This document shows positions 19,680-29,232 of a stretch of DNA of 51,933 bases, piece after piece. The first letter of the stretch is position 1; each line of letters opens with the position of its first letter. The stretch is taken from sequence record SRR22947725_4333; one strand, written 5' to 3'. The notes under the pieces were generated by a model. That model made no database searches and was not told where the DNA came from. It saw nothing but the letters and a program-made list of their open reading frames with translations. A program made the position numbers and the translations under genes.

Positions 19680-20560
19680 GCACTCAAACCACAAGCCCCG
19701 CAGTTACCACCCCTCGCAGAAAAAAGCCATTCAGCGCCAAGGACTTCGTCTTCCGGGTGCTGCTATACGCATTTCTCACTATGTCCGCGAGCGTGGTGCT
19801 GATTCCGCTACTCAGCTTGCTTTCGGTTGCGCTGCAACCACCGGAGTCGACTCAAACTGGTCTTAGCTGGCCAAGCGACCCCACCTGGAGCAACTTTGAA
19901 ACCGCCTGGACGAAAGGTGACTTTCCACTGCCGGTGCTAATGGTTAACTCGCTATTCGTGGCATCGATGGTGGTGCCGCTGGGAGTAACCATCTCTGTGC
20001 TTGCGGGTTACGCATTTGGAACCATGAAATTTCCTGGATCGAACTTGCTCTTCTACGTCTTCATGATTGGGCTGGTTATGCCTTTCGAAGCGACGATTGT
20101 TCCGCTCTACTACCAGCTAAGAGACATGGGGCTGATCAATAACCCCTGGGGAGTGATACTGCCGGAGGTGGCTCTGTTCTGTGCCTTCGGTATTTTCTGG
20201 ATGCGCCAATTCTTCATGGCTGCACCGCCGGCACTAGTTGAGGCAGCGAGAATTGACGGAGCGGGTTCACTGAGAATCCTCCGTTCAGTACTTTTGCCGA
20301 TTGCTTGGCCGCCGGTTCTTACCCTGGCGACCCTGATGTTTATTTGGAGCTGGAATGAATTTATTTTGTCGCTGGTGGTGCTTGATCGAGAGACCAGAAC
20401 TGCTCCATCGGGCCTTGGCATCTTCACAGGTCAATGGACCAGTGAAATCCCAGCCCTGAGTGCCGCGGCGCTAATCATCGCGCTTCCGACAATACTTCTT
20501 TATGTATTACTAAACAGACGCATTATCTCTGGAATTCTTCAGGGTGCAGTCAAAGGTTAG
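19676..20560 (+). CDS. Carbohydrate ABC transporter permease
   Basis: EAARIDGA, SWNEF, GAVKG. Confidence 0.93.
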   Translation: MSTQTTSPAVTTPRRKKPFSAKDFVFRVLLYAFLTMSASVVLIPLLSLLSVALQPPESTQTGLSWPSDPTWSNFETAWTKGDFPLPVLMVNSLFVASMVVPLGVTISVLAGYAFGTMKFPGSNLLFYVFMIGLVMPFEATIVPLYYQLRDMGLINNPWGVILPEVALFCAFGIFWMRQFFMAAPPALVEAARIDGAGSLRILRSVLLPIAWPPVLTLATLMFIWSWNEFILSLVVLDRETRTAPSGLGIFTGQWTSEIPALSAAALIIALPTILLYVLLNRRIISGILQGAVKG

Positions 20561-20578
20561 CTAGGAAAGTGAAGTGAG

Positions 20579-21346
20579 ATGACAAACGTGACGATCTCGA
20601 TGCCAGCTCGGAAAGCAGACATCATCCAGCACATGCAGAGCAGGGTGCTTGGAGGTGAGTGGAGTCCAGGATCGCAATTGCCATCTGAGCGTGAGCTCGC
20701 CCTCGAGTATGGGGTGTCAAGACCAGTTATCAGAGAGGCGCTTTCTGGACTGGTTGAGCAGGGCTTCATCGAGATTCATCCAGGGAGGGGCTCATTCGTC
20801 CGCGGGGTTATGGTGGACGACCTCTCCAGTTCTCTAAACCGCGCTGCCACTCTTGCAAAGATCACAGCCCGTGAGCTTGTTGCCGCTCGCCTAGGCCTTG
20901 AATGCACAGCCGCAGAACTTGCGGCCAACCAAGACTCTTCGCTGAAGGCAAATTTGGAAAGGGCATTGCGGGAGCACTCGGAGGCTTCCTCGCTGCAGTC
21001 AATGGCTGATACAGACTTAGCCTTCCACGAGTCAGTGGTCGCGGCGTCGGGTAACCCACTACTTGTTTTGATGTTTGGAGCAATCCGGAACCAGGTGCAT
21101 GCGCTGATGCTAAGAAGCCACTCTGACCCGAGCGTGCGGGATAAAGGGGAGCCATATCACGAGCGAATTGTTGAGGCGGTTCATAACAGTGACGGCAAGC
21201 TCGCTCGCGAGCTTATGCGCGAGCACCTGGAGCTGGCTCTAACTCTTTACGGAACAGATCTAGATAAGCCACTCAGCGAGGTGGTCGAGTCTCGCGGATT
21301 GAGATTCGCATCAATGCTCAGCTCGAGAGAAACCAACTCCAACTAG
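20579..21346 (+). CDS. FadR/GntR family transcriptional regulator
   Basis: LPSERELALEYGVSRPVIREAL wHTH; FCD domain with DLAFH, ASGN and H...H. Confidence 0.93.
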   Translation: MTNVTISMPARKADIIQHMQSRVLGGEWSPGSQLPSERELALEYGVSRPVIREALSGLVEQGFIEIHPGRGSFVRGVMVDDLSSSLNRAATLAKITARELVAARLGLECTAAELAANQDSSLKANLERALREHSEASSLQSMADTDLAFHESVVAASGNPLLVLMFGAIRNQVHALMLRSHSDPSVRDKGEPYHERIVEAVHNSDGKLARELMREHLELALTLYGTDLDKPLSEVVESRGLRFASMLSSRETNSN

Positions 21347-21361
21347 CCAGAAGGACCCCAG

Positions 21362-23554
21362 TTGACGCACATAGCGAGTAGCGATTCGCCCTTTGCAATT
21401 TCCATAGATGAAAAATCAGGTCTGCCAAACAGCCTCACGGTTGAGGATGGCAAGGGCAAAATAACCAGACCCATCTCAATCTCCGTAACAGTCGAGACTG
21501 GCGGACAGGAAAAGCGCCACCCAACTGGAGGCCTGCTTTATGAACAAACTGAGTTTCTCTCTGGAGTCACCGCAGCGGGAGAACTGAGGCGCATCCACAA
21601 GGGTGTCTACGATGAGTACCAGCAGGCAGCAACACTTGGTGAGTTGGATCTAACCCTTCATTACCGCTTGTATCCAACTGCTCCTTATTTCGAACTCTCA
21701 GCAACCTTTGCAGCCGCCACGAGTGTGCTGATTCGCAACATCGTTGTAGAGATTGAGAGCGCTGCAATGCCAAAGGCTCTGGTCAATACTCCAGGCAACC
21801 TGCTCAGAAGAAACCTGCCGATAGAGAAAATTGGCTCTCTACCGACAGGAATTGCAACCCTTGGAGGCCTGAGAGGCTCGAGCGGCATCATTGGAGTCTC
21901 TGACGATGAATCAACCTTGGTCATCTGGCCAAACCAGCCAACTGAAATTCCAGATGTCGAGCTCTCGCAGCAGGATTCGAAACTGAAGGTCAAGACACTG
22001 GTGAACTTTGCTGCGGATATCTCCCCCGCCTCCGCTGCCGAAGTGCTACTGGTTACCCTAAATCTAGAACGAGGAGACTTTGAGCTGGTTCGCCGTCATT
22101 GGCCTGCGTGGGCTTCCAGATACGGCCTTACCAGTCCGAACGACCCCCCCAGCTGGATGCATGGAGCTGCAATCTACGAGGTTCAGATTGGCACCTCGTA
22201 TTTCTGGAAGAACAACGCCTACTGCCGTTACGAGGAAATTCGCGACCTGATAGGTGATCTTGATCGCGTGCAGAAGATGGGCTTCAGTGTCATACAGCTA
22301 ATGCCCAAGCAGCCCTATCCTTCATACAACGTTCACGACTACGCAGATGTAACCACCTCCTATGGAAATGAGAAGGAGCTTCGGGAACTTGTTAGGGACT
22401 GCCACAAGAGGGGAATGCGGGTAATCCTGGACGTTCTGCTTCACGGCGTATTGGACAACGAGTCTATGGATTCGGCCATTCAGGGAATCATTGACGGGCC
22501 ACTATACGCCCACCTCGACGACGAGGTAAGCCAGACCCTTTCCGGTGATCTAACCGATGATGATGACTACTGGATTGCCTGGTCACGCCACATTCTCGAT
22601 TTCTCCGAATACTGGAAGGGGGGTTCGCCGATGCGAACTGAACTTCAAGAGACTCATCCAGAATGGTTTGCCACAGACTCCGAAGGCAAGGTCTCCGGCG
22701 TTTATACAAAGGCCTTCGACGCAAGAAACCCTTCCTGGCAAAGGTTTTTCCGTGAGTCGATGATGAACCTCATCAACGGTTACGACATTGACGGCTTTAG
22801 ATTCGATGCCCCTACTTACAACCTCTTTGCGAACTGGGCACCATGGGCAAGAGCTCGGGCCTTCATGTCGCCGCTCGGTTGCATCCCGCTATTTGTCGAT
22901 ATGAGGCACGACATGAGGGAGGCAAAACCCGATTCACTCTTGTACACCGAACCATCAGGCCACCTACTGCGCAGATCTATGGACGTCAACTACAACTACG
23001 ACGAACAGTGGCTTGTATCCGCTCTCATGAAAGGTAATCACGCAGAGCGTTCTGTCAGAAACGGGCGAGACTTCATGCTTTGGATCCAGGACCGCGACGA
23101 CTTCCTTCCCGTTGGCTCTCAAACGGCTCACCACATTGACTCTCATGACACTTTCTGGTGGCCGCAGTGGGGTAAGAAGTGGCGTCGTGAGCAGTATTCC
23201 CTCGAGGCCGTGCGCTCGCTGGCAGCAACGTTCTTGGCTCTAGACGGTCCCTACATGATGTTCACCGGCGGTGAGGAAGGAATTCAAGAAGAGCTCGCGG
23301 AGCTCCTAAATTTCCGCAACGACCACGCAGCCCAATGGGCACAGAGGGGCACCTTCGACACCGAGTGCGACCCGACCGGCTCCCTGATTGTTGTATCTCG
23401 CTCAGCAAACGGCAAATCCGTGGTGAGTATTGTGAATCCCTCCAGCAACAAGGTTGATATCCCTAGCCAGTACCAAGGGTGGAAGGTCGGGCCTTCTCAG
23501 GGACTGAACGGCTCTTCGCTCGAGCCCTATGGCTACTTCATGGCTGAAAAGTAG
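21362..23554 (+). CDS. GH13 (alpha-amylase-like) glycoside hydrolase with a long N-terminal domain
   Basis: IYEV, CHKRGMRVILD, DGFRFDA (nucleophile), YTEP (acid/base), DSHD. Confidence 0.82.
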   Translation: MTHIASSDSPFAISIDEKSGLPNSLTVEDGKGKITRPISISVTVETGGQEKRHPTGGLLYEQTEFLSGVTAAGELRRIHKGVYDEYQQAATLGELDLTLHYRLYPTAPYFELSATFAAATSVLIRNIVVEIESAAMPKALVNTPGNLLRRNLPIEKIGSLPTGIATLGGLRGSSGIIGVSDDESTLVIWPNQPTEIPDVELSQQDSKLKVKTLVNFAADISPASAAEVLLVTLNLERGDFELVRRHWPAWASRYGLTSPNDPPSWMHGAAIYEVQIGTSYFWKNNAYCRYEEIRDLIGDLDRVQKMGFSVIQLMPKQPYPSYNVHDYADVTTSYGNEKELRELVRDCHKRGMRVILDVLLHGVLDNESMDSAIQGIIDGPLYAHLDDEVSQTLSGDLTDDDDYWIAWSRHILDFSEYWKGGSPMRTELQETHPEWFATDSEGKVSGVYTKAFDARNPSWQRFFRESMMNLINGYDIDGFRFDAPTYNLFANWAPWARARAFMSPLGCIPLFVDMRHDMREAKPDSLLYTEPSGHLLRRSMDVNYNYDEQWLVSALMKGNHAERSVRNGRDFMLWIQDRDDFLPVGSQTAHHIDSHDTFWWPQWGKKWRREQYSLEAVRSLAATFLALDGPYMMFTGGEEGIQEELAELLNFRNDHAAQWAQRGTFDTECDPTGSLIVVSRSANGKSVVSIVNPSSNKVDIPSQYQGWKVGPSQGLNGSSLEPYGYFMAEK

Positions 23555-23558
23555 ATAA

Positions 23559-24785
23559 ATGGCAAAGCCTGGACTCAAGCGAAGGTTTCCCAGCCCTAAA
23601 GACCTGGCGCAACTTATGCGCTTTCGGAAGGTTCACTTTCGTCGCACGGACCGGCTTCTCTCGAGAGCATTCACAATTGAAGACCTCAGGAGCATTGCGA
23701 AGAAAAGAACTCCAAAAGGCCCCTTCGACTACACCGACGGTGGTGCTGACAAGGAACTGAGCATGCTGAGGGCCCGGCAGTCCTTTGAATCGGTGCAGTT
23801 CATTCCATCAGTCCTCAAAGACGTAAGCGAAGTAAGCCTCTCTCAAAAAATACTCGGCAGGGAAACGAAGCTTCCCGTAGGAATATCTCCTACGGGCTTC
23901 ACCAGAATGATGCACTCAGAGGGAGAAATTGCTGGTGCAATGGCCGCAGAGGCCTTTGGTATCCCCTTCACCCTCTCAACCATGGGCACCCGATCCATCG
24001 AAGAGGTTGCCCAAGCTGCCCCGAACGGCCGCAACTGGTTTCAGCTCTACATGTGGAAAGAGCGCGATCGCTCGATGGCGCTCGTTGAACGAGCAGCCAA
24101 GGCAGGCTTCGAGGCACTGGTTATGACGGTGGATGTGCCAGTTGCAGGCGACCGACTCAGAGACAAGTACAACGGGCTCACCATTCCTCCTGCCTTGAGT
24201 CTGAGAACCCTGACAAATGCTGCTCCGCGAATTGGTTGGTGGTGGAACTTCCTAACCACAGACCCCCTGAGGTTCGCATCCTTGGACTCATGGAATGGCA
24301 CCGTTGCCGAGCTGTTAGACAGCATGTTCGACCCAACAGTTACCTTTGATGACCTCAAATGGATTAGGAAGCAGTGGAGCGGAAAACTCATAGTGAAGGG
24401 TGTCCAGAACTCCCTAGATGCCCTCTCAGCAACCCGGGCTGGTGCAGATGCTGTAATCCTGTCAAATCACGGTGGTCGACAGTTAGACAAAGCGCCTGTC
24501 CCGTTCAAACTAGTTCCTGAGGTTGTGAAGAAGGTGGGTAGGGATGTCGAGGTTTACATGGACAGCGGCATCATGCACGGAGCAGACATTGTTGCCGCGA
24601 TTGCAAGCGGTGCGAAGTTCACAATGGTTGGACGCGCCTACCTATACGGGCTCATGGCGGGAGGCCGCCAGGGCGTGGATGCGACTTTCAACATCCTCAC
24701 TCAACAAATGACTAGGACAATGAAGCTGCTTGGTGTGCGCGAGCTTAGTGAGCTCACTCCTAGTCATGTTGTTGACTACAGGTAG
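23559..24785 (+). CDS. lldD: FMN-dependent alpha-hydroxy-acid dehydrogenase (L-lactate dehydrogenase-like)
   Basis: FDYTDG, WFQLY, TVD, VKG, SNHGGRQLD, DSGI, GRAYLYGL. Confidence 0.85.
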   Translation: MAKPGLKRRFPSPKDLAQLMRFRKVHFRRTDRLLSRAFTIEDLRSIAKKRTPKGPFDYTDGGADKELSMLRARQSFESVQFIPSVLKDVSEVSLSQKILGRETKLPVGISPTGFTRMMHSEGEIAGAMAAEAFGIPFTLSTMGTRSIEEVAQAAPNGRNWFQLYMWKERDRSMALVERAAKAGFEALVMTVDVPVAGDRLRDKYNGLTIPPALSLRTLTNAAPRIGWWWNFLTTDPLRFASLDSWNGTVAELLDSMFDPTVTFDDLKWIRKQWSGKLIVKGVQNSLDALSATRAGADAVILSNHGGRQLDKAPVPFKLVPEVVKKVGRDVEVYMDSGIMHGADIVAAIASGAKFTMVGRAYLYGLMAGGRQGVDATFNILTQQMTRTMKLLGVRELSELTPSHVVDYR

Positions 24786-24870
24786 TAACTCACAAACAGC
24801 GATCACGAGTTAGCAGGATATTTACCCCGATGACTCTTTTCAGGTCTAACCTGAGAGAGGCCTACTGGAG

Positions 24871-26271
24871 GTGGTTGTCATTCGCATAGAGCACGACCTA
24901 ATTGGTGATTACGAGCTTCCCGCTACCTCGCTATGGGGGGTTCACACCGCAAGAGCGGTAGATAACTTCCACATCTCCGGTGTCCCAATCGGACACTACC
25001 GAAACCTAATTCGTGCCCTAGGGCTAACAAAGGCCGCAGCGGCAAGAGTGAACGCTGCCATAGGAGGATTAGACAAGGACAAGGCCCACTTCATTGAACT
25101 TGCCGCGCTAGAGGTGGCCGAGGGCAAGCTAGACAAGTACTTTGTTGTCGACGCTATTCAGGGTGGTGCCGGAACCAGCACCAACATGAACACCAATGAG
25201 GTGATTGCCAACAGGGCCCTGGAGCTGATGGGCAAGACTCCGGGTGACTACAAGGTCATTCACCCGCTGAACGATGTGAACCGCTCGCAGTCCACAAACG
25301 ATGTCTACCCCACCGCTCTCAGGCTCGCGCTAATTTTTGAAATTGAGCTGCTTGATCAGTCACTTTGTGAGCTGAGGGACTCCTACCAGCGCAAGGCGGA
25401 TGAGTTTTCCGACATCCTGAAGATGGCGAGGACTCAGCTGCAGGATGCGGTCCCGATTACCCTCGGACAAGAGTTTCAGGCCTTTGCCGTCTCCACATCA
25501 AAGGACATTGCCCGCCTACACGAGCTGATTCCGCTGCTCTCTGAGGTAAACCTCGGTGGCACCGCAGTTGGCACCGAGCTGAACACCCCAAAGGGTTACA
25601 CCAAAAAGGTGGTTGCCGAGCTCAGCAAGCTTTCTGGGATCAAGCTCGAATCGGCCCATGACCTTGTCGAGGCAACCCAATCCTCTGGAGTTTTGGTCAC
25701 TTACAGCTCAGTGCTAAAACGCATAGCCGTAAAGCAGTCCAAGATTGCCAGCGACCTAAGGCTCCTAAGCTCCGGCCCAAGAGCCGGATTCAATGAGATA
25801 AATCTGCCAGAGAAACAGGCTGGCTCTTCGATCATGCCCGGCAAGGTGAACCCGGTAATCCCGGAGGTAATCAACCAAATTGCCTTCACTGTTATCGGCA
25901 ACGATCTCACCGTAACCATGGCGGCCGAGTCCGGTCAGCTTCAGCTAAACGCCTTTGAACCAATCATGGCCAGGTCGATCCTGATGAGCATCACGTACTT
26001 GCGAAACGGTTTTGCAACCTTCACCAAGAACTGCGTGGACGGAATCACCGCGAACACCGACATCCTGCAACAGACCGTCGAAAACTCAATAGGACTTGTC
26101 ACGGTGCTGAGCCCACAGCTCGGTTACGAAAACGCTACAAAGGTTGCCAAATACGCACGCAAGCAAAACTGCTCTGTGAGGCAGGCAGTGGTGGACCTGG
26201 AGCTAATGACCGAAGCAGACTTCGATGCCGCGCTTGGCGACCTAGTCTCCATCGCCAAGCGGGCGAGATAG
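24871..26271 (+). CDS. aspA: Aspartate ammonia-lyase
   Basis: RIEHDLIG, QGGAGTSTNMN, SQSTNDVYPT, GSSIMPGKVNPV, QLQLNAFEP. Confidence 0.92.
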   Translation: MVVIRIEHDLIGDYELPATSLWGVHTARAVDNFHISGVPIGHYRNLIRALGLTKAAAARVNAAIGGLDKDKAHFIELAALEVAEGKLDKYFVVDAIQGGAGTSTNMNTNEVIANRALELMGKTPGDYKVIHPLNDVNRSQSTNDVYPTALRLALIFEIELLDQSLCELRDSYQRKADEFSDILKMARTQLQDAVPITLGQEFQAFAVSTSKDIARLHELIPLLSEVNLGGTAVGTELNTPKGYTKKVVAELSKLSGIKLESAHDLVEATQSSGVLVTYSSVLKRIAVKQSKIASDLRLLSSGPRAGFNEINLPEKQAGSSIMPGKVNPVIPEVINQIAFTVIGNDLTVTMAAESGQLQLNAFEPIMARSILMSITYLRNGFATFTKNCVDGITANTDILQQTVENSIGLVTVLSPQLGYENATKVAKYARKQNCSVRQAVVDLELMTEADFDAALGDLVSIAKRAR

Positions 26272-27678
26272 TTAGCTGCGCAGCGCCTTCGCTAGCTCAG
26301 TAAACGAATCGACAAGCTTGTCCATATCGCTCTGCTTGTGAGCGAGCGAAACCAACCACTGCTCATCAAGTCCCGGAGGGGTTAGCACACCGCGGTTCAC
26401 ACCCCAAAGCCAGGAAAGCTCAGCAACATCAAAGTCAGTTGCCTTGAAGTCTCGGTAGTTTCGGACCGGGGTTTCAGACCAGATCACAGCGCCCTTGACA
26501 CCAAATCCGATGGTGTGGGCAGGGAGCTCATACTTGGCAATCACAGCATCTAGCTTCTTGAGGGTTTCGATGTTGATTGCCTCGGCTTTGCCAACGGCTG
26601 CCTCGGTGGCCAGCTCGTCCACGGCTATGGCGGCAGCCATAACGAGAGGATTGCCGTTGTAGGTGCCGAAGTGAGCCATGCGGCCATCAACGACGGCATC
26701 CATGTACTTCTGCTTGCCGCCAAATGCCGCTAGCGGGAAGCCGCCGCCAATGCTCTTGGCAAGACAAATAATGTCTGGCTCAACACCGAGCTTCTTAGCA
26801 GCTCCAGCGACCCCAGCGGTTAGGCCGGTCTTGACCTCATCAAAAATCAGAGCGATCGAATACTTGTCGCAGAGCTCTCTAACGCTCTTCAGGTATCCGG
26901 CATCGGGCATGATGATCGACAGATTCTCAACCACCGGCTCGACAACGAAGCAGGCGATTCGGTCGCCGTGCTCAATGAAGATTTCCTGAAGTCGCTCGAG
27001 GTTGTTATAGGGAACGGTAAAGACCTCACCGGGCTCAACGTCAAAGGGAACCTGTGGAGTTGGAGCATGGGCATCGCCAATCTCATCGAGAGCTGGCTTT
27101 ACAGAAACCTGAAGTGGGTCATAGCCGCCGTGATAGCCGCCCTCGACCTTGACGATCGCCTTCTTGCCGGTGACGGCCCTGGCGGTTCTGATCGCATACA
27201 TCGTCGACTCGGTGCCTGAATTAGTAAACCGAATCATGTCTAGGCCAAAGCGCTCTTTGAACCTCTCGGCCGCCTCGGTTGCAATTGGGGCTGGAGTAAC
27301 AAAGAGTGTGCCAACGCTGCGCATAGCCTTCTTGGCTGCTGCGATGACCTTGGGGTGAAGGTGGCCTACGAGCATTGCTCCAAAACCCATGGAGAGATCT
27401 AGAAGCTTCCTGCCATCAACATCCTTCACATAGGCGCCCTTGGCGGAGACGATGGAGATGGGATATGGGTCCCAGTGCTGGAAGCTTGATGTCACACCCA
27501 GGGGCAAGGCCTTCTTGGCTCTTGCGTTGTGACTGCCTGAGCCGCCGGTGGTGGCTTCGAATCTTTCCCATTCGCTGGCCAGAAGTTTTTCCACCTTGGC
27601 TCTGTCGATTGGCTTTGAGGACGCTGGGACATTTCTCCAGCCCGCAGGATCATGTTGCAGATTAAGCTCTGTTTTCAC
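26272..27678 (-). CDS. Class III PLP aminotransferase (glutamate-1-semialdehyde aminomutase-like paralog)
   Basis: NSGTE, GGYHG, FDEVKTG, AKSIGGG, GTYNGNPL. Confidence 0.88.
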   Translation of the reverse strand: MKTELNLQHDPAGWRNVPASSKPIDRAKVEKLLASEWERFEATTGGSGSHNARAKKALPLGVTSSFQHWDPYPISIVSAKGAYVKDVDGRKLLDLSMGFGAMLVGHLHPKVIAAAKKAMRSVGTLFVTPAPIATEAAERFKERFGLDMIRFTNSGTESTMYAIRTARAVTGKKAIVKVEGGYHGGYDPLQVSVKPALDEIGDAHAPTPQVPFDVEPGEVFTVPYNNLERLQEIFIEHGDRIACFVVEPVVENLSIIMPDAGYLKSVRELCDKYSIALIFDEVKTGLTAGVAGAAKKLGVEPDIICLAKSIGGGFPLAAFGGKQKYMDAVVDGRMAHFGTYNGNPLVMAAAIAVDELATEAAVGKAEAINIETLKKLDAVIAKYELPAHTIGFGVKGAVIWSETPVRNYRDFKATDFDVAELSWLWGVNRGVLTPPGLDEQWLVSLAHKQSDMDKLVDSFTELAKALRS

Positions 27679-27794
27679 TTTGTACTCCTTTGTCCTGCCA
27701 TTGTCACCTAAGCGGTGCTTTTAAGCGAACTTAGAAGCCTTATTAGACTAAATCAGTTGAAAAACTAATGCTTTTCTGCGAAATAAGCAGGTTT

Positions 27795-28265
27795 TTAGTC
27801 AAACCACTCGGTTGGTGGACCGAGAAACAAAAGGAAGCCAAAGATTGCCGGGAGGACCAAAACGATCAAAAGCACAAGTATCACGGGCCTTGCGATAAAC
27901 CACCTGAAGAGCCTGTCAATTACACCCTTGTCTCGAGGATCTTCGGTTGGCTCGGTGCGCCAGGAACCCTCGAGAGCATTTTGTTTGAGCAGCCTCCGGT
28001 CAAAGGGAACGGTCGCAAATGGAACGATTGCAAGCGCTACTGCCCCGGCGATTTTGCCTATTGCCCAGCGCTGGTTCAGCCCTACCAATACCGCCACCAC
28101 GCAGTAGCTGAGGAACATGGCTCCGTGAATGCTTCCGGCAATCGTGACAGCGTGAGGGATCAGGTCACCGAGCGCCCTTGAGAGAAGCGCCGCTATCAAT
28201 AGTCCCCAGGTAATTGCCTCACCGGTTGCAAAGAATCTATAAATGGATTTCGGGCTGGTATTCAA
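27795..28265 (-). CDS. DUF3817-family membrane protein
   Basis: EAITWGLL, GSIHG, AIVPFATVPFD; TTG start at 28265 after AGGAG. Confidence 0.78.
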   Translation of the reverse strand: MNTSPKSIYRFFATGEAITWGLLIAALLSRALGDLIPHAVTIAGSIHGAMFLSYCVVAVLVGLNQRWAIGKIAGAVALAIVPFATVPFDRRLLKQNALEGSWRTEPTEDPRDKGVIDRLFRWFIARPVILVLLIVLVLPAIFGFLLFLGPPTEWFD

Positions 28266-28314
28266 GGTCTCTCCTATCAACCCAAGCTTAAGTCACTGCC
28301 CTAGGCTCGTTGGT

Positions 28315-29232
28315 GTGAGTGACGCTTCAAGTAAGGCAATTGCTATCGCAATCTCAGTCCTTGCTGGCGGGTTCATGGCCGTTCAGGCCAGGGTTAATTC
28401 GGGTCTTGGGGTCGCACTCGAAAATGGCATTCTTGCGGCTTTAATTTCGTTTTCTTCAGGGCTAGTGATCATTGGGGTAATCGTCGCCATATCAAAGCGT
28501 GACCGAGCCAAGCTCCGGGCTTTTACTAGCCGTATCGGCAGGGGCTTTCCGCTTTGGGGGCTCGCTGGTGGACTGCTTGGTGGTCTGTTTGTCATCACCC
28601 AGGGCACTGTCGCCGGGGTCATAGGCATCTCGCTTTTCGCGGTCTCAGTAGTCACAGGCCAAGCTCTTGCCGCTCTCACAATTGACGGTCGGGGTCTACT
28701 TGGAATGACAAGGCGTCCCCTTGGTCTCCTAAGGATTCTTGGGACGGCGTTTGCAGTCGCCGGGCTGATTGTCACCGGTGACTTTGCCAACTACAGCTTC
28801 CAACCAATCTCTCTGCTGCCTTTTTTGGCCGGTATAGGCATTGGATTCCAGCAGGCATTAAATGCCAACCTCGGCAGGCAGACCGAATCAGCGGTGGTTG
28901 CAACGCTTATCAACTTCGTCCTAGGTACTGCCCTGATTGCAATCGCACTACTGGTCACCAACGGTGGCTTCCAGTTCTCCGGAGAGTTTCCCACCGAGCC
29001 GGTTCTCTATATCGGTGGCCTTGTGGGGGTGGTGTTTATCTTTGTTCAGGTCGTGCTTGTGCCAAAGATCGGGACCCTGGCCATGGGAGTGTCCCTCCTG
29101 GTGGGTCAGCTGATTAGCTCGCTGCTATTGGACCTAGTCGCACCAATCTCATCAAGAGAAGTTACTGGCTACACCCTCGCGGGAGTGCTGCTCGCTCTTG
29201 TTGGTGCAACCCTGGTGGCAAAAAGACGCTAG
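28315..29232 (+). CDS. DMT family transporter (double YdcZ/DUF606)
   Basis: AVQARVN, GGLLG, GQ repeated as QQALN, GGLVG, GQ; GTG start after -10 TAGGCT. Confidence 0.82.
   Translation: MSDASSKAIAIAISVLAGGFMAVQARVNSGLGVALENGILAALISFSSGLVIIGVIVAISKRDRAKLRAFTSRIGRGFPLWGLAGGLLGGLFVITQGTVAGVIGISLFAVSVVTGQALAALTIDGRGLLGMTRRPLGLLRILGTAFAVAGLIVTGDFANYSFQPISLLPFLAGIGIGFQQALNANLGRQTESAVVATLINFVLGTALIAIALLVTNGGFQFSGEFPTEPVLYIGGLVGVVFIFVQVVLVPKIGTLAMGVSLLVGQLISSLLLDLVAPISSREVTGYTLAGVLLALVGATLVAKRR

Noticed and set aside
17254-20560. ABC transporter without an ATPase gene
   Set aside because: Normal in Actinobacteria, where a shared MsiK-type ATPase serves many sugar importers.
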